This document shows, in pieces, positions 10,180-19,122 of a DNA stretch of 64,000 bases (position 1 is the stretch's first letter; each line of letters begins with the position of its first letter). The position numbers and the translations under genes are program-made. Location of the stretch: the NCBI GenBank assembly GCA_023657465.1, contig JAGTJX010000003.1:674830-738829 (forward strand), given 5' to 3'. The notes under the pieces were generated by a model. The model worked only from the letters and a program-made list of their open reading frames with translations, was not told where the DNA came from and ran no database searches. Source of the stretch: Lysobacteraceae bacterium (GTDB taxonomy: Bacteria > Bdellovibrionota > UBA1018 > JAGTJX01).

Positions 10180-10261
10180 GTGTTATCTCCCTGGGTGTCT
10201 AACGTTTTTAATTTCTACTTGGTTTAGCGAAACAACGCACGAATTGCAACTCAGAATCGTA

Positions 10262-10277
10262 TGGCATGATCCCTGCT
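10262..10277 (+). promoter_or_regulatory. sigma-54-type promoter candidate (TGGCATG-N4-CTGCT)
   Basis: GG and GC spaced exactly as in the -24/-12 consensus, 30 nt upstream of the secretin start codon and its AAGAAGGA ribosome-binding site. Confidence 0.4.
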
Positions 10278-10306
10278 CTATAGAGTCGTGAAAGAAGGAT
10301 TTCCTC

Positions 10307-11725
10307 ATGACTCTATTTCTCGCATTCAGTTTCCTCATGCAATCTCTCGCTTGGTCTGCGCAAGTTTATCTAGGTGTGGGCGAACAACGCCGCATGACCC
10401 TGCCATTCGCCGTCTCTCAGTATTCCGTGGGGTCGGATGTGATCCGAGTCCATGTTTCGGACAAGAAGTCTGGGAAGCCTGCATTGCTCATCAAAGGAGT
10501 GAAGAAGGGTGCGGCCGATGTTTGGCTGAAAGGGGCTAACGGAGAGGAGTTAACGCACCGATTCCAAGTTTCGCCTTGGATGGAGAGCGGAATTTCGCCT
10601 GCTCTCACGAGTACCTTATCAGGACTGAAGGAAATGGAAATCATCGCCCACGGGGATACGACCTTCATTCATGGAGTGGTCAGTGACCTAAGCGAATGGC
10701 GGAAGCTTGGACAAATTGAGAAGCTTGGAGCCGGATCTAAGATCCAAGTACATGCAGAGCTCTCTCCTGACATTCACTCTAAGTGCATCACTGAACTTGA
10801 GAAGAAAAAATCTGTTTTAGGAGTGAGCGGACTGAAGATCGATTCCTCTGTCAATCCCCCCAGAATGCTTGGAGCTGTAAGTGATACGAAGAATGATTTC
10901 ATACGAGCGGAGCTCTCTAAGTCATGTCCACTGGCGAGACTCGAGCTTGAAACTCTCGGTGAGAAGGGATCGACTCTGTACTTCCGAGTGTTCCTGCTCG
11001 AAGTGAAGAAGAGTCAGTACCACCACTTCGGCCTTGCGAGCGACGTCGTCAGTGGAGGGTTTCAAGCGAAACTCTCCAACCTCACTTCTCTTATAGATCT
11101 TGAGCGCACGTTTACGTTTCTGTCTCAGGATGGATCACTGCGTGTTCTCTCCAAACCCGAAATCTCAGTACGCGCTCCTGGAGAAGCTGAGTTACTCGCG
11201 GGAGGAGAAATCCCGATCAAAATTACAAATAGGAACAATGCCAATGTGCTTTGGAAAAACTACGGCTTAGGTCTCAAGATCAAAGTGAACCAAGCAACCA
11301 CAGAAAAAATACGCTTGGAGATTTCGACTGAGGTCTCTCATCTCGATTACACCAATGCGATCGATAATGTCCCTGGAATCAAAACCAATCGCATGAAGAC
11401 ACAGGTAGATGCCGTCATCGGACGCCCTCTCTTCCTCTCAGGATTACTTCAAGAAGACAGCAGGCGTGATGTGAAAGGTCTTCCTGGACTGAAGGATATT
11501 CCTGTTCTAGGTGCACTCTTCTCTTCACAGGAATACATGAACGCTCAGTCTGAACTCGTTGCGATTCTTCTACCCCACGGTGAGCCTGCACGTGCGCCGA
11601 TCGAGAAGTTTGGTGAATTGGATTTCCCCACTGGTGCGATCCCTCCTCCCCAGAGCTGGATCAGCACTGAGGATATGCGTATCATGCGTGCTTCACCCGA
11701 TTATCCCTGGAACGCACTCGAATGA
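10307..11725 (+). CDS. CpaC/RcpA-family secretin (Tad/Flp pilus-type)
   Basis: Signal peptide, a pilus-formation N-terminal domain and a C-terminal secretin domain carrying GLPGLKDIPVLGALF. Confidence 0.8.
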   Translation: MTLFLAFSFLMQSLAWSAQVYLGVGEQRRMTLPFAVSQYSVGSDVIRVHVSDKKSGKPALLIKGVKKGAADVWLKGANGEELTHRFQVSPWMESGISPALTSTLSGLKEMEIIAHGDTTFIHGVVSDLSEWRKLGQIEKLGAGSKIQVHAELSPDIHSKCITELEKKKSVLGVSGLKIDSSVNPPRMLGAVSDTKNDFIRAELSKSCPLARLELETLGEKGSTLYFRVFLLEVKKSQYHHFGLASDVVSGGFQAKLSNLTSLIDLERTFTFLSQDGSLRVLSKPEISVRAPGEAELLAGGEIPIKITNRNNANVLWKNYGLGLKIKVNQATTEKIRLEISTEVSHLDYTNAIDNVPGIKTNRMKTQVDAVIGRPLFLSGLLQEDSRRDVKGLPGLKDIPVLGALFSSQEYMNAQSELVAILLPHGEPARAPIEKFGELDFPTGAIPPPQSWISTEDMRIMRASPDYPWNALE

Positions 11726-12648
11726 TCGCCATGAATATTGATTCATTCTTAGATCCCCTACTCACTGATCGCAGCGTGACTGATATCTGCATCCAATCGG
11801 GCTCTGATGTTTTTGTGGATCGAGGGAATGGGATGGAGAAGCACGTCGGAAGTCTATTCACAGAGGAGCATTGGAAAACCTGGGTACTAGAGAGACTCTC
11901 CGAGCAAGGCAAGTCTTGGACTGCAGCGATGCCGTTCTGCGATGGAGTGATCCGTCCACACCACCGTTTGCACGTCGCCTTCCCTGCTCTCTCATCTGGT
12001 GGCATGACAGTTTCGATTCGTGCTCTTCCCGTAGCTCTTGGGAGGAGAGAATCCGTTTGGGCAGGAGATCCGTATTTCGGACGTCTAGTGGAGCTCGTGA
12101 TACGTGGGTGTTCGGTCATTATCTCAGGTCCCACAGGATCAGGAAAAACGACTCTGCTCAGGGATCTATTGGAATACGTGCCTCACACGGAACGGATCAT
12201 CGCACTCGAAGACACACCTGAGATCCGCCCTCATCATGAGCATTTCTTAAGTCTACGTTCCCGCGCTCCCAACTCCGATGGATTCGGTGAAGTGACCTTA
12301 AGAGATCTACTGAAACAAACACTCCGTATGCGACCTGATCGCCTGGTCTTAGGTGAATGCCGTGGCCCTGAGGTCCTAGATCTATTACAACTCCTCAACA
12401 CAGGTCACCGTGGAGCCATGGCCACTCTTCATGCTCATACTCCGAGAGACGCCCTCAGACGCATCGAACTCCTCTGTCTACTCGCCACAAATGGAAGGCT
12501 CGAATCTCGCGTGATCAGAGAGATGCTCGCTTACGGCATTCAAGTTTTAGTGCAGGTGGAACGCACTCCTCTGGGACGCAAGATCACAGAAGTCGTACAA
12601 GTTGCAGGCAAAGAAGGCGAGACAATCCTACTAAGGCCGTTGACATGA
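11722..12648 (+). CDS. CpaF/VirB11-family secretion ATPase (short form)
   Basis: ATGA overlap with the secretin stop. Walker A GPTGSGKTT, Walker B LVLGECRGPE and His box GHRGAMATLHA. Only 308 aa. Confidence 0.8.
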   Translation: MIAMNIDSFLDPLLTDRSVTDICIQSGSDVFVDRGNGMEKHVGSLFTEEHWKTWVLERLSEQGKSWTAAMPFCDGVIRPHHRLHVAFPALSSGGMTVSIRALPVALGRRESVWAGDPYFGRLVELVIRGCSVIISGPTGSGKTTLLRDLLEYVPHTERIIALEDTPEIRPHHEHFLSLRSRAPNSDGFGEVTLRDLLKQTLRMRPDRLVLGECRGPEVLDLLQLLNTGHRGAMATLHAHTPRDALRRIELLCLLATNGRLESRVIREMLAYGIQVLVQVERTPLGRKITEVVQVAGKEGETILLRPLT

Positions 12649-12837
12649 TACGTCCATATGGGTGTATTTATAGCTGAGTTTTATGTGTGATTCAGCATCC
12701 AAGAACGATGATTGTTCAACATGCATTCAGGAAAACCTCTCAAAAGACTTTGCGAACTGATTTGGAAATAGGCATTAAGAGAATGAAGGAGGTTTTAGAT
12801 AGTGTCCAAAAGTCCTGGGATTTTTCTTCTTCTGATT

Positions 12838-13272
12838 TTAATTCACAAACTGAACACCCACGTATCTTGCTAAGATTTTGCCGTCTAGTTTGAGTGCTTC
12901 ACTCCAATACTCTCCCCATGTATTTCCACTGGTGTTTTGCTTGAGTACGAGCTTCGACATTTGCGCTGCTCCTCTTGGACTCCAGTTCGTTCCAATTTTT
13001 TTGAATCTTAATTTTATTTCTCGCATCAATCGCTCGATCTGACTGCTTACTTTCGGTGGTGCAGTACCTTTTCTGATCCAGATTCTGATGTGTGTGAAGA
13101 AATTTCTTATAGCGTTATCTAAATAGGTCGCTGTCTCATAGTACTGCTTGTACTTGAGTTCTTTCACAAGATTCATCATCTCGATCTCTGCCTTTAGAAT
13201 CTGGGATTCAAGCTCTAATTTTTCGTTCTCGCTTACACTCTCGTGGTTTTGGGTCGGCAATGGAATTCTCAT
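12838..13272 (-). pseudogene. transposase C-terminal fragment
   Basis: 144 aa homologous to the C-terminus of the 471-aa protein at 58893-60308. Carries an IS256/Mutator-like IERLMREIKLR motif. Confidence 0.6.
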
Positions 13273-13377
13273 AATTTCCTAAATCTTTTCTTTTATCTCG
13301 TCTACTGACTCTTTCTTGGCTTCATCTCTATACTGCATCACTGACCTTAAATCATGAGTCAGATGCCACTGGCATCT

Positions 13378-14193
13378 CTAATGAGTCTTTGCTAGTTTTC
13401 CTAAGCCTCTCTCTAGTGCTCTCTCTCCGTCAGACACCAGTACCTCTGCAATAGGCTTTGGTAGCAGTTTTTCATGCTGATTTGCTTTTCTTGCCATTCT
13501 TCCAAACTGCGCCCACGAATACTCATTGAATACTTCATTCGGAATCGTTTTACTTTCTTTATTGATCCCTAGAATCACTCGTAGCTGCTCCAGTGGCCTG
13601 TTCTCTGATTCTCGTTTTGGATTTTGTCTTTCAGCTTCCTTCTCCTCTCTCGTCTTGAATCTTGGGTAGCCTGTTCCATCAGCGATAATGGTCACGAGAT
13701 TTTTCTGCTTTAGTTTTAGGTTTGGTGATTTAGTTTTCATAACCCACGAGTGGAGCTTACTCTTATTCATCGATACTCCGCCTACTTGCTTAATATGGTG
13801 GGCTGCTCTCCTATAACTTTGGTGTGAAACGGTCTCACATCCGATTTGTTCGAACTCTAATGTGTGTCCAGAGTAGGGCTTTATATTAAAGAATTGCTTG
13901 AGCGGTATGAACGAGTGCTTGCAGATCTTACATTTTAATCTCGTCCAACTGAATCTGAGAACTCCAGCACTCGAATGAATCCGTCTAGGTTCTTTACAGC
14001 AGAATTTTTCTTCTGTGAGACCCTCTACCCATTGTTTACAGATAGACTCATCTACTGCCTGCAGTATCAAACTCACGATTCCTGGAATTCCTCCCGTTTT
14101 CGTGACCTCACTCACTGCTCTCACCAATTCATCTAAACTAAAATTCATTCTCTCTGCACATACATCGATTAGACACGCGATCCTTCGCTGCAT
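13378..14193 (-). pseudogene. transposase N-terminal fragment
   Basis: 271 aa homologous to the N-terminal two thirds of the 471-aa protein. Separated from the C-terminal fragment by a frame break and a roughly 100-nt gap. Confidence 0.6.
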
Positions 14194-14224
14194 CTCAAAT
14201 CCTCCCGTTAGTTTGGAGGAAATT

Positions 14225-14527
14225 CTAAAGCAAGACTTGTGATTCTCCTAAAACACTCTCTTCTAACTTTTTGATCTCATTCTCCCAAACCATGAGTAGC
14301 TCCTCAAAAGCAGGCACAAAATCACCATTCACTTTCCTGAGTTGCCAGTGATCGAAAAATTCCCCGATCTCATTCCAATTGTGTGTCTTCTCCCCGAATC
14401 TTGCTAACTCACACGTGATCTCAAATGGGCTTGAGTCTTCTATCCACTGAACAGCATCCACTAACTCATCACCGATAATCTCTAGCTTCTCTTCAATCCC
14501 GATTTCTTTTTTCTTTCTTTTACTCAC
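14225..14527 (-). CDS. IS-associated small acidic protein (orfA-like)
   Basis: 100 aa with a GTG start. Homologous to the 132-aa ORF at 60331-60729, sharing the THNWNE motif. Confidence 0.5.
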   Translation of the reverse strand: MSKRKKKEIGIEEKLEIIGDELVDAVQWIEDSSPFEITCELARFGEKTHNWNEIGEFFDHWQLRKVNGDFVPAFEELLMVWENEIKKLEESVLGESQVLL

Positions 14528-14543
14528 TGTTTCCGCATATGTT

Positions 14544-14723
14544 ATGGCTGGACATCAAGAAGGAAAATATACCCTTGCCATTACAAACGAAGTGACTGGG
14601 ACGACCTCTGACTGGTCAAGCCCTGAAACTCATTTAACCAAATACTCAGACCCAAAAGATAGCTATGCTGAAGTCAATCTAGGTAGAGAATTCTCAATTG
14701 TTTGTATGTAACCCTAGTTTTTA
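14544..14723 (+). CDS. 59-aa ORF (hypothetical)
   Basis: MAGHQEGKYTLAITNEVTG... Followed about 95 nt later by a strong intrinsic terminator. No Shine-Dalgarno. Confidence 0.2.
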
Positions 14724-14815
14724 AAACACTCTCAGCTTACAAAAGTAAAGAGTTTTAAAACAAGCCCCCATCACACGTCTCACAACCCAAGTGTGTGACA
14801 CGCGTGAATCTTAAA

Positions 14816-14853
14816 CCCAGACACTTCCCCCCAGGTGTCTGGGTTTTTTATTT
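14816..14853 (+). terminator. intrinsic terminator
   Basis: A 9-bp GC-rich stem (cccagacac / gtgtctggg) followed by TTTTTTATTT. Confidence 0.6.
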
Positions 14854-15379
14854 GAACTTTAAGCGAATCACGTTGTAGAACTCTTTCATGTAGTCCATCG
14901 AAAAATACCGCGGACAATGGGGCGGAAAAATTCAATCTGGCGAAGAGAGTGGTGGTCAGAGTAAGACTTCGGCTTCGGTACAGGGGATACGACACTTAAT
15001 TTTTCGTTTTATATCCGCTATCCAATCAATGGATATGTGCGCTGCAGTACCTGAGCACATATCGCTCTAACCAAAAGATAAATTAGAAGAGTGGTTTTAA
15101 ATATCTGGCTTCGAAGTTCTAGAGCGTGTTTCTGCAAACGCTTGACATTGGTTTTTCTTTCCTAAAGATTATGTATTGCTACTGAAGAAGCACAATCAAA
15201 CCGGATTACTCTACCGAAAGAGCGTGATTTGGAATGCGATCTCAAAGCTCACCCCCTTCTATGATTGGAGTTTTGAGATTTTACACCTTGTGCTTACACT
15301 CATCAGAGGTAAGCACATTCCTGGCACAAGCTATTTCTACTATTTGAGAAAACTCACTTAAGCTTCTATACTACTGAGT

Positions 15380-16072
15380 ATGAAAAGAACTCTTCTCGCC
15401 CTAGGACTCATTCTCTCCGCCTTCGCCTCTACTCCGCTCGTCTCTCACGCTGACGAAAGCTACACGTTCATCGTGAAGAAACAGGAAGAGAAGGCCAAGA
15501 CCCGTTGGTCACTGGCTGAATGGTTCGAAACCAAAGAGAAAATGAAGTTGCAAGACATGTGGTTAGCTCTCCACTCTCCTTCGATCTATGAGTTCTTCCT
15601 AGGTTATGACTATGTCATCGCAACACCGAGCGCTCATCGAGTATTGCTCGGAGCTTATGCCTCGGTAGTTGGACTGGAAGGCCGCTACGAAACTCAGCCT
15701 TACGGAGATACAGCAGCACTCTTCAAACTTAGGTTTTTTGGTTATCACGTCCAAGCCACTCACATCAGTCTAGGAGTTGGAGTGAGAAACCGCATCGACC
15801 CTACTCTAGGAGCTTATCGAAACGGAATATTGAATGCCGATGCTGCTCTCTACCTCACGAGGTTTTGGGGCTTAGGAGGAAACTACGAGTATTACCTCAC
15901 CTCAACTCCTAGAGTGAATGCATCCACCGTATCGGGAAGTAGACTAGATCTCAGCACGTTCATTGATTTTAAATTTTTCCGTGTGAGCGCTGGATATTTC
16001 ACTGAGTCGAGTTCGGACCAAACTCCTGTCCTCCTCTCAGGCTATTCCATAGGAGCGAAGCTTTTCTTTTGA
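15380..16072 (+). CDS. outer-membrane beta-barrel protein (hypothetical)
   Basis: Signal peptide ending SHA-DES, alternating-strand pattern, C-terminal F. Confidence 0.5.
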   Translation: MKRTLLALGLILSAFASTPLVSHADESYTFIVKKQEEKAKTRWSLAEWFETKEKMKLQDMWLALHSPSIYEFFLGYDYVIATPSAHRVLLGAYASVVGLEGRYETQPYGDTAALFKLRFFGYHVQATHISLGVGVRNRIDPTLGAYRNGILNADAALYLTRFWGLGGNYEYYLTSTPRVNASTVSGSRLDLSTFIDFKFFRVSAGYFTESSSDQTPVLLSGYSIGAKLFF

Positions 16073-16854
16073 TTTTAACGAAAGACATCCTTCAGACTAC
16101 GCTACGAGTTTCTCAAGCCCTCTGGGGTGAGACCACAACCAGTCTTGATCTCTGCACCGATACATTAGCCACAGTTCAGCTCCTTGGGCTCGATCAATCT
16201 GCATTTTTGAAGCGAAGCATTCGCGCACTTGTAGAACGATCCGAACGTGAGAGTGAAAAAACTAACTCAGACTTCCTTAATCAATCCCTCTATAGAATCC
16301 ACCCACTTGAGCGCGCACTTCTTGTACTCCTCTATGAATTCCAGTGGACGGGAGATCTCCTCACAGAGACGTTTGAAATCTCAGCCGATGAACTCGATAC
16401 TCTCATTTGGAAGTCCAAGCTCGATCTCCTCACTCATAGGTCTGGTGGTAAACTGTTTAGTATCCCTACTCCTCGTGGAATCACTCCGCAATGTCCTGAG
16501 TGGAATGGATCTCGTCCCTGGACGGCTCGCTACTTGGATCAGAGACTCTCTCGTGCGGATCAGATTTTCGTCCATGGACATGTCGATGGCTGCACGAATT
16601 GCAGATCGCTCCTTGAGCAATCCCGCACTCTTCTCACAGAAGCCAAAACCACTTATGAGGCCTCGATGCCTGAAAAGCCTACAGACAAGAACATCTCAGA
16701 GATGATGAAGATCCTAGGCCAAGGTGAAACCTATGCTCTAGGCAAGCCACTACCTGCTGCAGAAGCATTCAGACAAATGGTGAGGCAACGCAAAGATGTG
16801 CAGCTCGTGATTATAGGTCTGATAGGCTGGATGATTTTGCGTTTAACTCAGTGA
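16069..16854 (+). CDS. zf-HC2-type anti-sigma-factor-like membrane protein with a sigma region-4-like N-terminus
   Basis: TTG start overlapping the upstream stop codon. HVDGCTNCRSLL (H-x3-C-x2-C), a C-terminal TM helix, and an N-terminal LERALLVLLYEF...ISADELDTLIWKSKL segment resembling ECF sigma region 4. Confidence 0.4.
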   Translation: MILTKDILQTTLRVSQALWGETTTSLDLCTDTLATVQLLGLDQSAFLKRSIRALVERSERESEKTNSDFLNQSLYRIHPLERALLVLLYEFQWTGDLLTETFEISADELDTLIWKSKLDLLTHRSGGKLFSIPTPRGITPQCPEWNGSRPWTARYLDQRLSRADQIFVHGHVDGCTNCRSLLEQSRTLLTEAKTTYEASMPEKPTDKNISEMMKILGQGETYALGKPLPAAEAFRQMVRQRKDVQLVIIGLIGWMILRLTQ

Positions 16855-16861
16855 CCTGACT

Positions 16862-17356
16862 TCAGTGACCTTTTGGAGGCCAGAGTGAATCATCTGGCAA
16901 AGTGCCATTCTTCATCACATCTTCAAACTGAGTGAGCTTATCTTTTTGTTCTTTGATGAGAGCTTCTTTCGCATCTCTCTGTGCCTTCTTACGGTCATCT
17001 AGAGCACGAGCGTGGTCTGCTTCCATTTTCTTCATGCGATCGATGTAAGCCTTAATGTACTCGCGTCTTTCTGCACCTTTTGGGTGTTCATCAAAAAACG
17101 CTTTTCGAGCTTTCTGCTCGTGAGTCTTGATCTCTCCCTTTTCCGTTTTGAGAGTTGTTTTCAGTTCCTTGAGATCAAGATCCTGTTGATGGTTAAGTGC
17201 CTTGAGTTGAGAGCTCTGAGCGCGCTTGAATTCTTTGAGAAGTTTCTTCGTTTCAGAGCTGGAAGGTCCAGTCCATGCAGGCACACAAGAAACAATGGTG
17301 CTCATAGCAATCATAAGACTGAGAAAATAAGTTTTAGAGATCTTAGCTCGTGCCAA
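16862..17356 (-). CDS. coiled-coil lipoprotein (hypothetical)
   Basis: Lipobox IVSC, followed by a K/E-rich helical sequence. Confidence 0.5.
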   Translation of the reverse strand: MARAKISKTYFLSLMIAMSTIVSCVPAWTGPSSSETKKLLKEFKRAQSSQLKALNHQQDLDLKELKTTLKTEKGEIKTHEQKARKAFFDEHPKGAERREYIKAYIDRMKKMEADHARALDDRKKAQRDAKEALIKEQKDKLTQFEDVMKNGTLPDDSLWPPKGH

Positions 17357-17382
17357 GTTGATTAACGCTCCCTGAAATCATA

Positions 17383-19089
17383 CTAAAGAGAAGCAGGTAC
17401 ATACTCAATTCTATCCAGTTTAAAACCCCATCGCTCTTGAGTCTGATCGCTTGTGAGTTTAACCTGAATCGTGCTTCCTGCCACATAATCTGTGGTGAAA
17501 TCTGTGATTGCGCCTGAATACTTCAAAAACTCAACTCCAGAGGCATCACTGAGCGTCAAAAAGTCATAATTCGTTTCTGTGTCGATTTTTGAGAAATAAG
17601 CTCGGATAAACTTCGCAGGAACAGGAGCAGTGATCGTCCAACTCTGCGCGATTCCTGCAGCATAAGGATGAATCGATTCAATATCTGAATCCATTTTCAC
17701 CCACGCTGAATCATCCGGTTCATCGTTAGGAGGTATTTGATTGAAGACCGCATTAAAAGCGTTCACTCTTCCATTCGATGCTACTTTTTTTCTTAAAGAA
17801 GGAATGCGAACAACGGTTCTCATGATTCGATCTTTGATCTCTTCAGCATTCTCATAAACTTTTCTAGAACGCATCAAAGCAGCAATTCCCGCAACATGCG
17901 GACACGCCATTGAGGTACCGCTATAAGACTGATACTTGCCGTCGATCACACTACTATATATTTTTACTCCTGGTGCTCCTACGTGAACTTTTGTTTTTCC
18001 GTAATTTGAGAAGGATGCAAGTTCGTCTCGGTTATCAATTGCAGCAACTGAGAGAACATTACTGACAGAGTAGTTAGCAGGATAAAAAGACTCACTATCA
18101 TTATTAGCTGAAGCATTACCTGCAGCAGCTACGAATAATATTCCCTGATCTCGAGCTTTTTCAATCGCCTCTTGCATAATCTTGGATTCACCTCCACCAC
18201 CCCAGCTATTACTCATGATATTCACTTTCATAAGAGTTGCGTACTGGATGGACTTGATCGCCCCTTCAAGGGTGCCTCCATTAGTCCCCAAAAACTTAAT
18301 GGGAAGAATACTGACCTGATGATTAATGCCTGCAATTCCTAAGCTATTATTACCTTGAGCGCCGATCACACCTGCACAATGAGTGCCGTGATTATTATCG
18401 TCCATCGGGTCATTATCGTTATTCTGAAAATCCCAACCCCTGACATCATCAATGTATCCGTTAGAATCATCATCGATTCCGTTTCCAGGAATCTCTAGTG
18501 GGTTTCGATAGATATTTGCAGCCAAGTCAGGGTGATTGTAATCGACTCCAGTATCGATGATTGCAACCACCACACGACGATTACCTGTCCAACCTTGGCG
18601 CCAGACTTTCAAAACGCCAATATCATTATCTGGAATTCCTTGTTGTCCTGCAGAATCTTTCTGACCTGTATTGCGAATGGACCACTGAAGACCTAAATCC
18701 ACATCTGTAGGTAAACCTGGATCGCGGGTAGTGTGATATATATAATTAGGTTCAGCGTACTTAATCTCTCGTTGTGATTTTAGAGCCTCGATGACTTTAG
18801 ATGTTTGAGTGGCATCACTGACTGTGAATATCTCGATGTCTGCTGGTTCACGCTTCACTGATAACCGAGGGGCGATCTTCAGAGACACATCACGGTTCAT
18901 TTTTGAGATGTAGTGGTTGAGATTCAGCGACGCTCGAGCCTGTGGCTTAAACTGCACAATCACTTCTCCAGGAACGCTTTCGGCAGCATGCGCATGAAGT
19001 TTTGCCATTAAAAACAAAAGCACCAACACCAACAAGCCTAACTCTCGTGTCAAGGTCATATTTAATATAAGTGTAATAAATAAGCTCAC
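17383..19089 (-). CDS. secreted subtilisin-like serine protease (S8 family)
   Basis: Catalytic triad motifs AIIDTGVD, HGTHCAG and GTSMACPHVAG. Signal peptide plus propeptide. Confidence 0.85.
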   Translation of the reverse strand: MSLFITLILNMTLTRELGLLVLVLLFLMAKLHAHAAESVPGEVIVQFKPQARASLNLNHYISKMNRDVSLKIAPRLSVKREPADIEIFTVSDATQTSKVIEALKSQREIKYAEPNYIYHTTRDPGLPTDVDLGLQWSIRNTGQKDSAGQQGIPDNDIGVLKVWRQGWTGNRRVVVAIIDTGVDYNHPDLAANIYRNPLEIPGNGIDDDSNGYIDDVRGWDFQNNDNDPMDDNNHGTHCAGVIGAQGNNSLGIAGINHQVSILPIKFLGTNGGTLEGAIKSIQYATLMKVNIMSNSWGGGGESKIMQEAIEKARDQGILFVAAAGNASANNDSESFYPANYSVSNVLSVAAIDNRDELASFSNYGKTKVHVGAPGVKIYSSVIDGKYQSYSGTSMACPHVAGIAALMRSRKVYENAEEIKDRIMRTVVRIPSLRKKVASNGRVNAFNAVFNQIPPNDEPDDSAWVKMDSDIESIHPYAAGIAQSWTITAPVPAKFIRAYFSKIDTETNYDFLTLSDASGVEFLKYSGAITDFTTDYVAGSTIQVKLTSDQTQERWGFKLDRIEYVPASL

Positions 19090-19122
19090 AGATGCAATCG
19101 GCAGAGTTTGCCTAGCTGAAGA

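Larger units (their letters stand above)
12790..14527. mobile_element. decayed copy of a two-gene IS-like element
   Basis: Contains a split transposase paralogous to the intact copy at 58843-60950, about 60% identical at the protein level. Its right-end sequence gatagtgtccaaaagtcctggg matches the right terminal repeat of that copy. Confidence 0.6.

Noticed and set aside
10288-10539. 83-aa ORF overlapping the secretin start in another frame
   Set aside because: The secretin frame carries a clear signal peptide and domain structure. The overlapping frame has neither.
15314-15330. TGGCAC hexamer upstream of the outer-membrane-protein gene at 15380
   Set aside because: The -12 position reads TTTC with no GC at the required spacing.
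15176-15361. 61-aa ORF just upstream of the outer-membrane-protein gene
   Set aside because: No ribosome-binding site and low-complexity composition. More likely the untranslated leader or promoter region of 15380.
16848-16875. Direct repeat CAGTGACC x2 between convergent genes
   Set aside because: Only 8 nt, no hairpin potential and no T-run. Likely coincidental.
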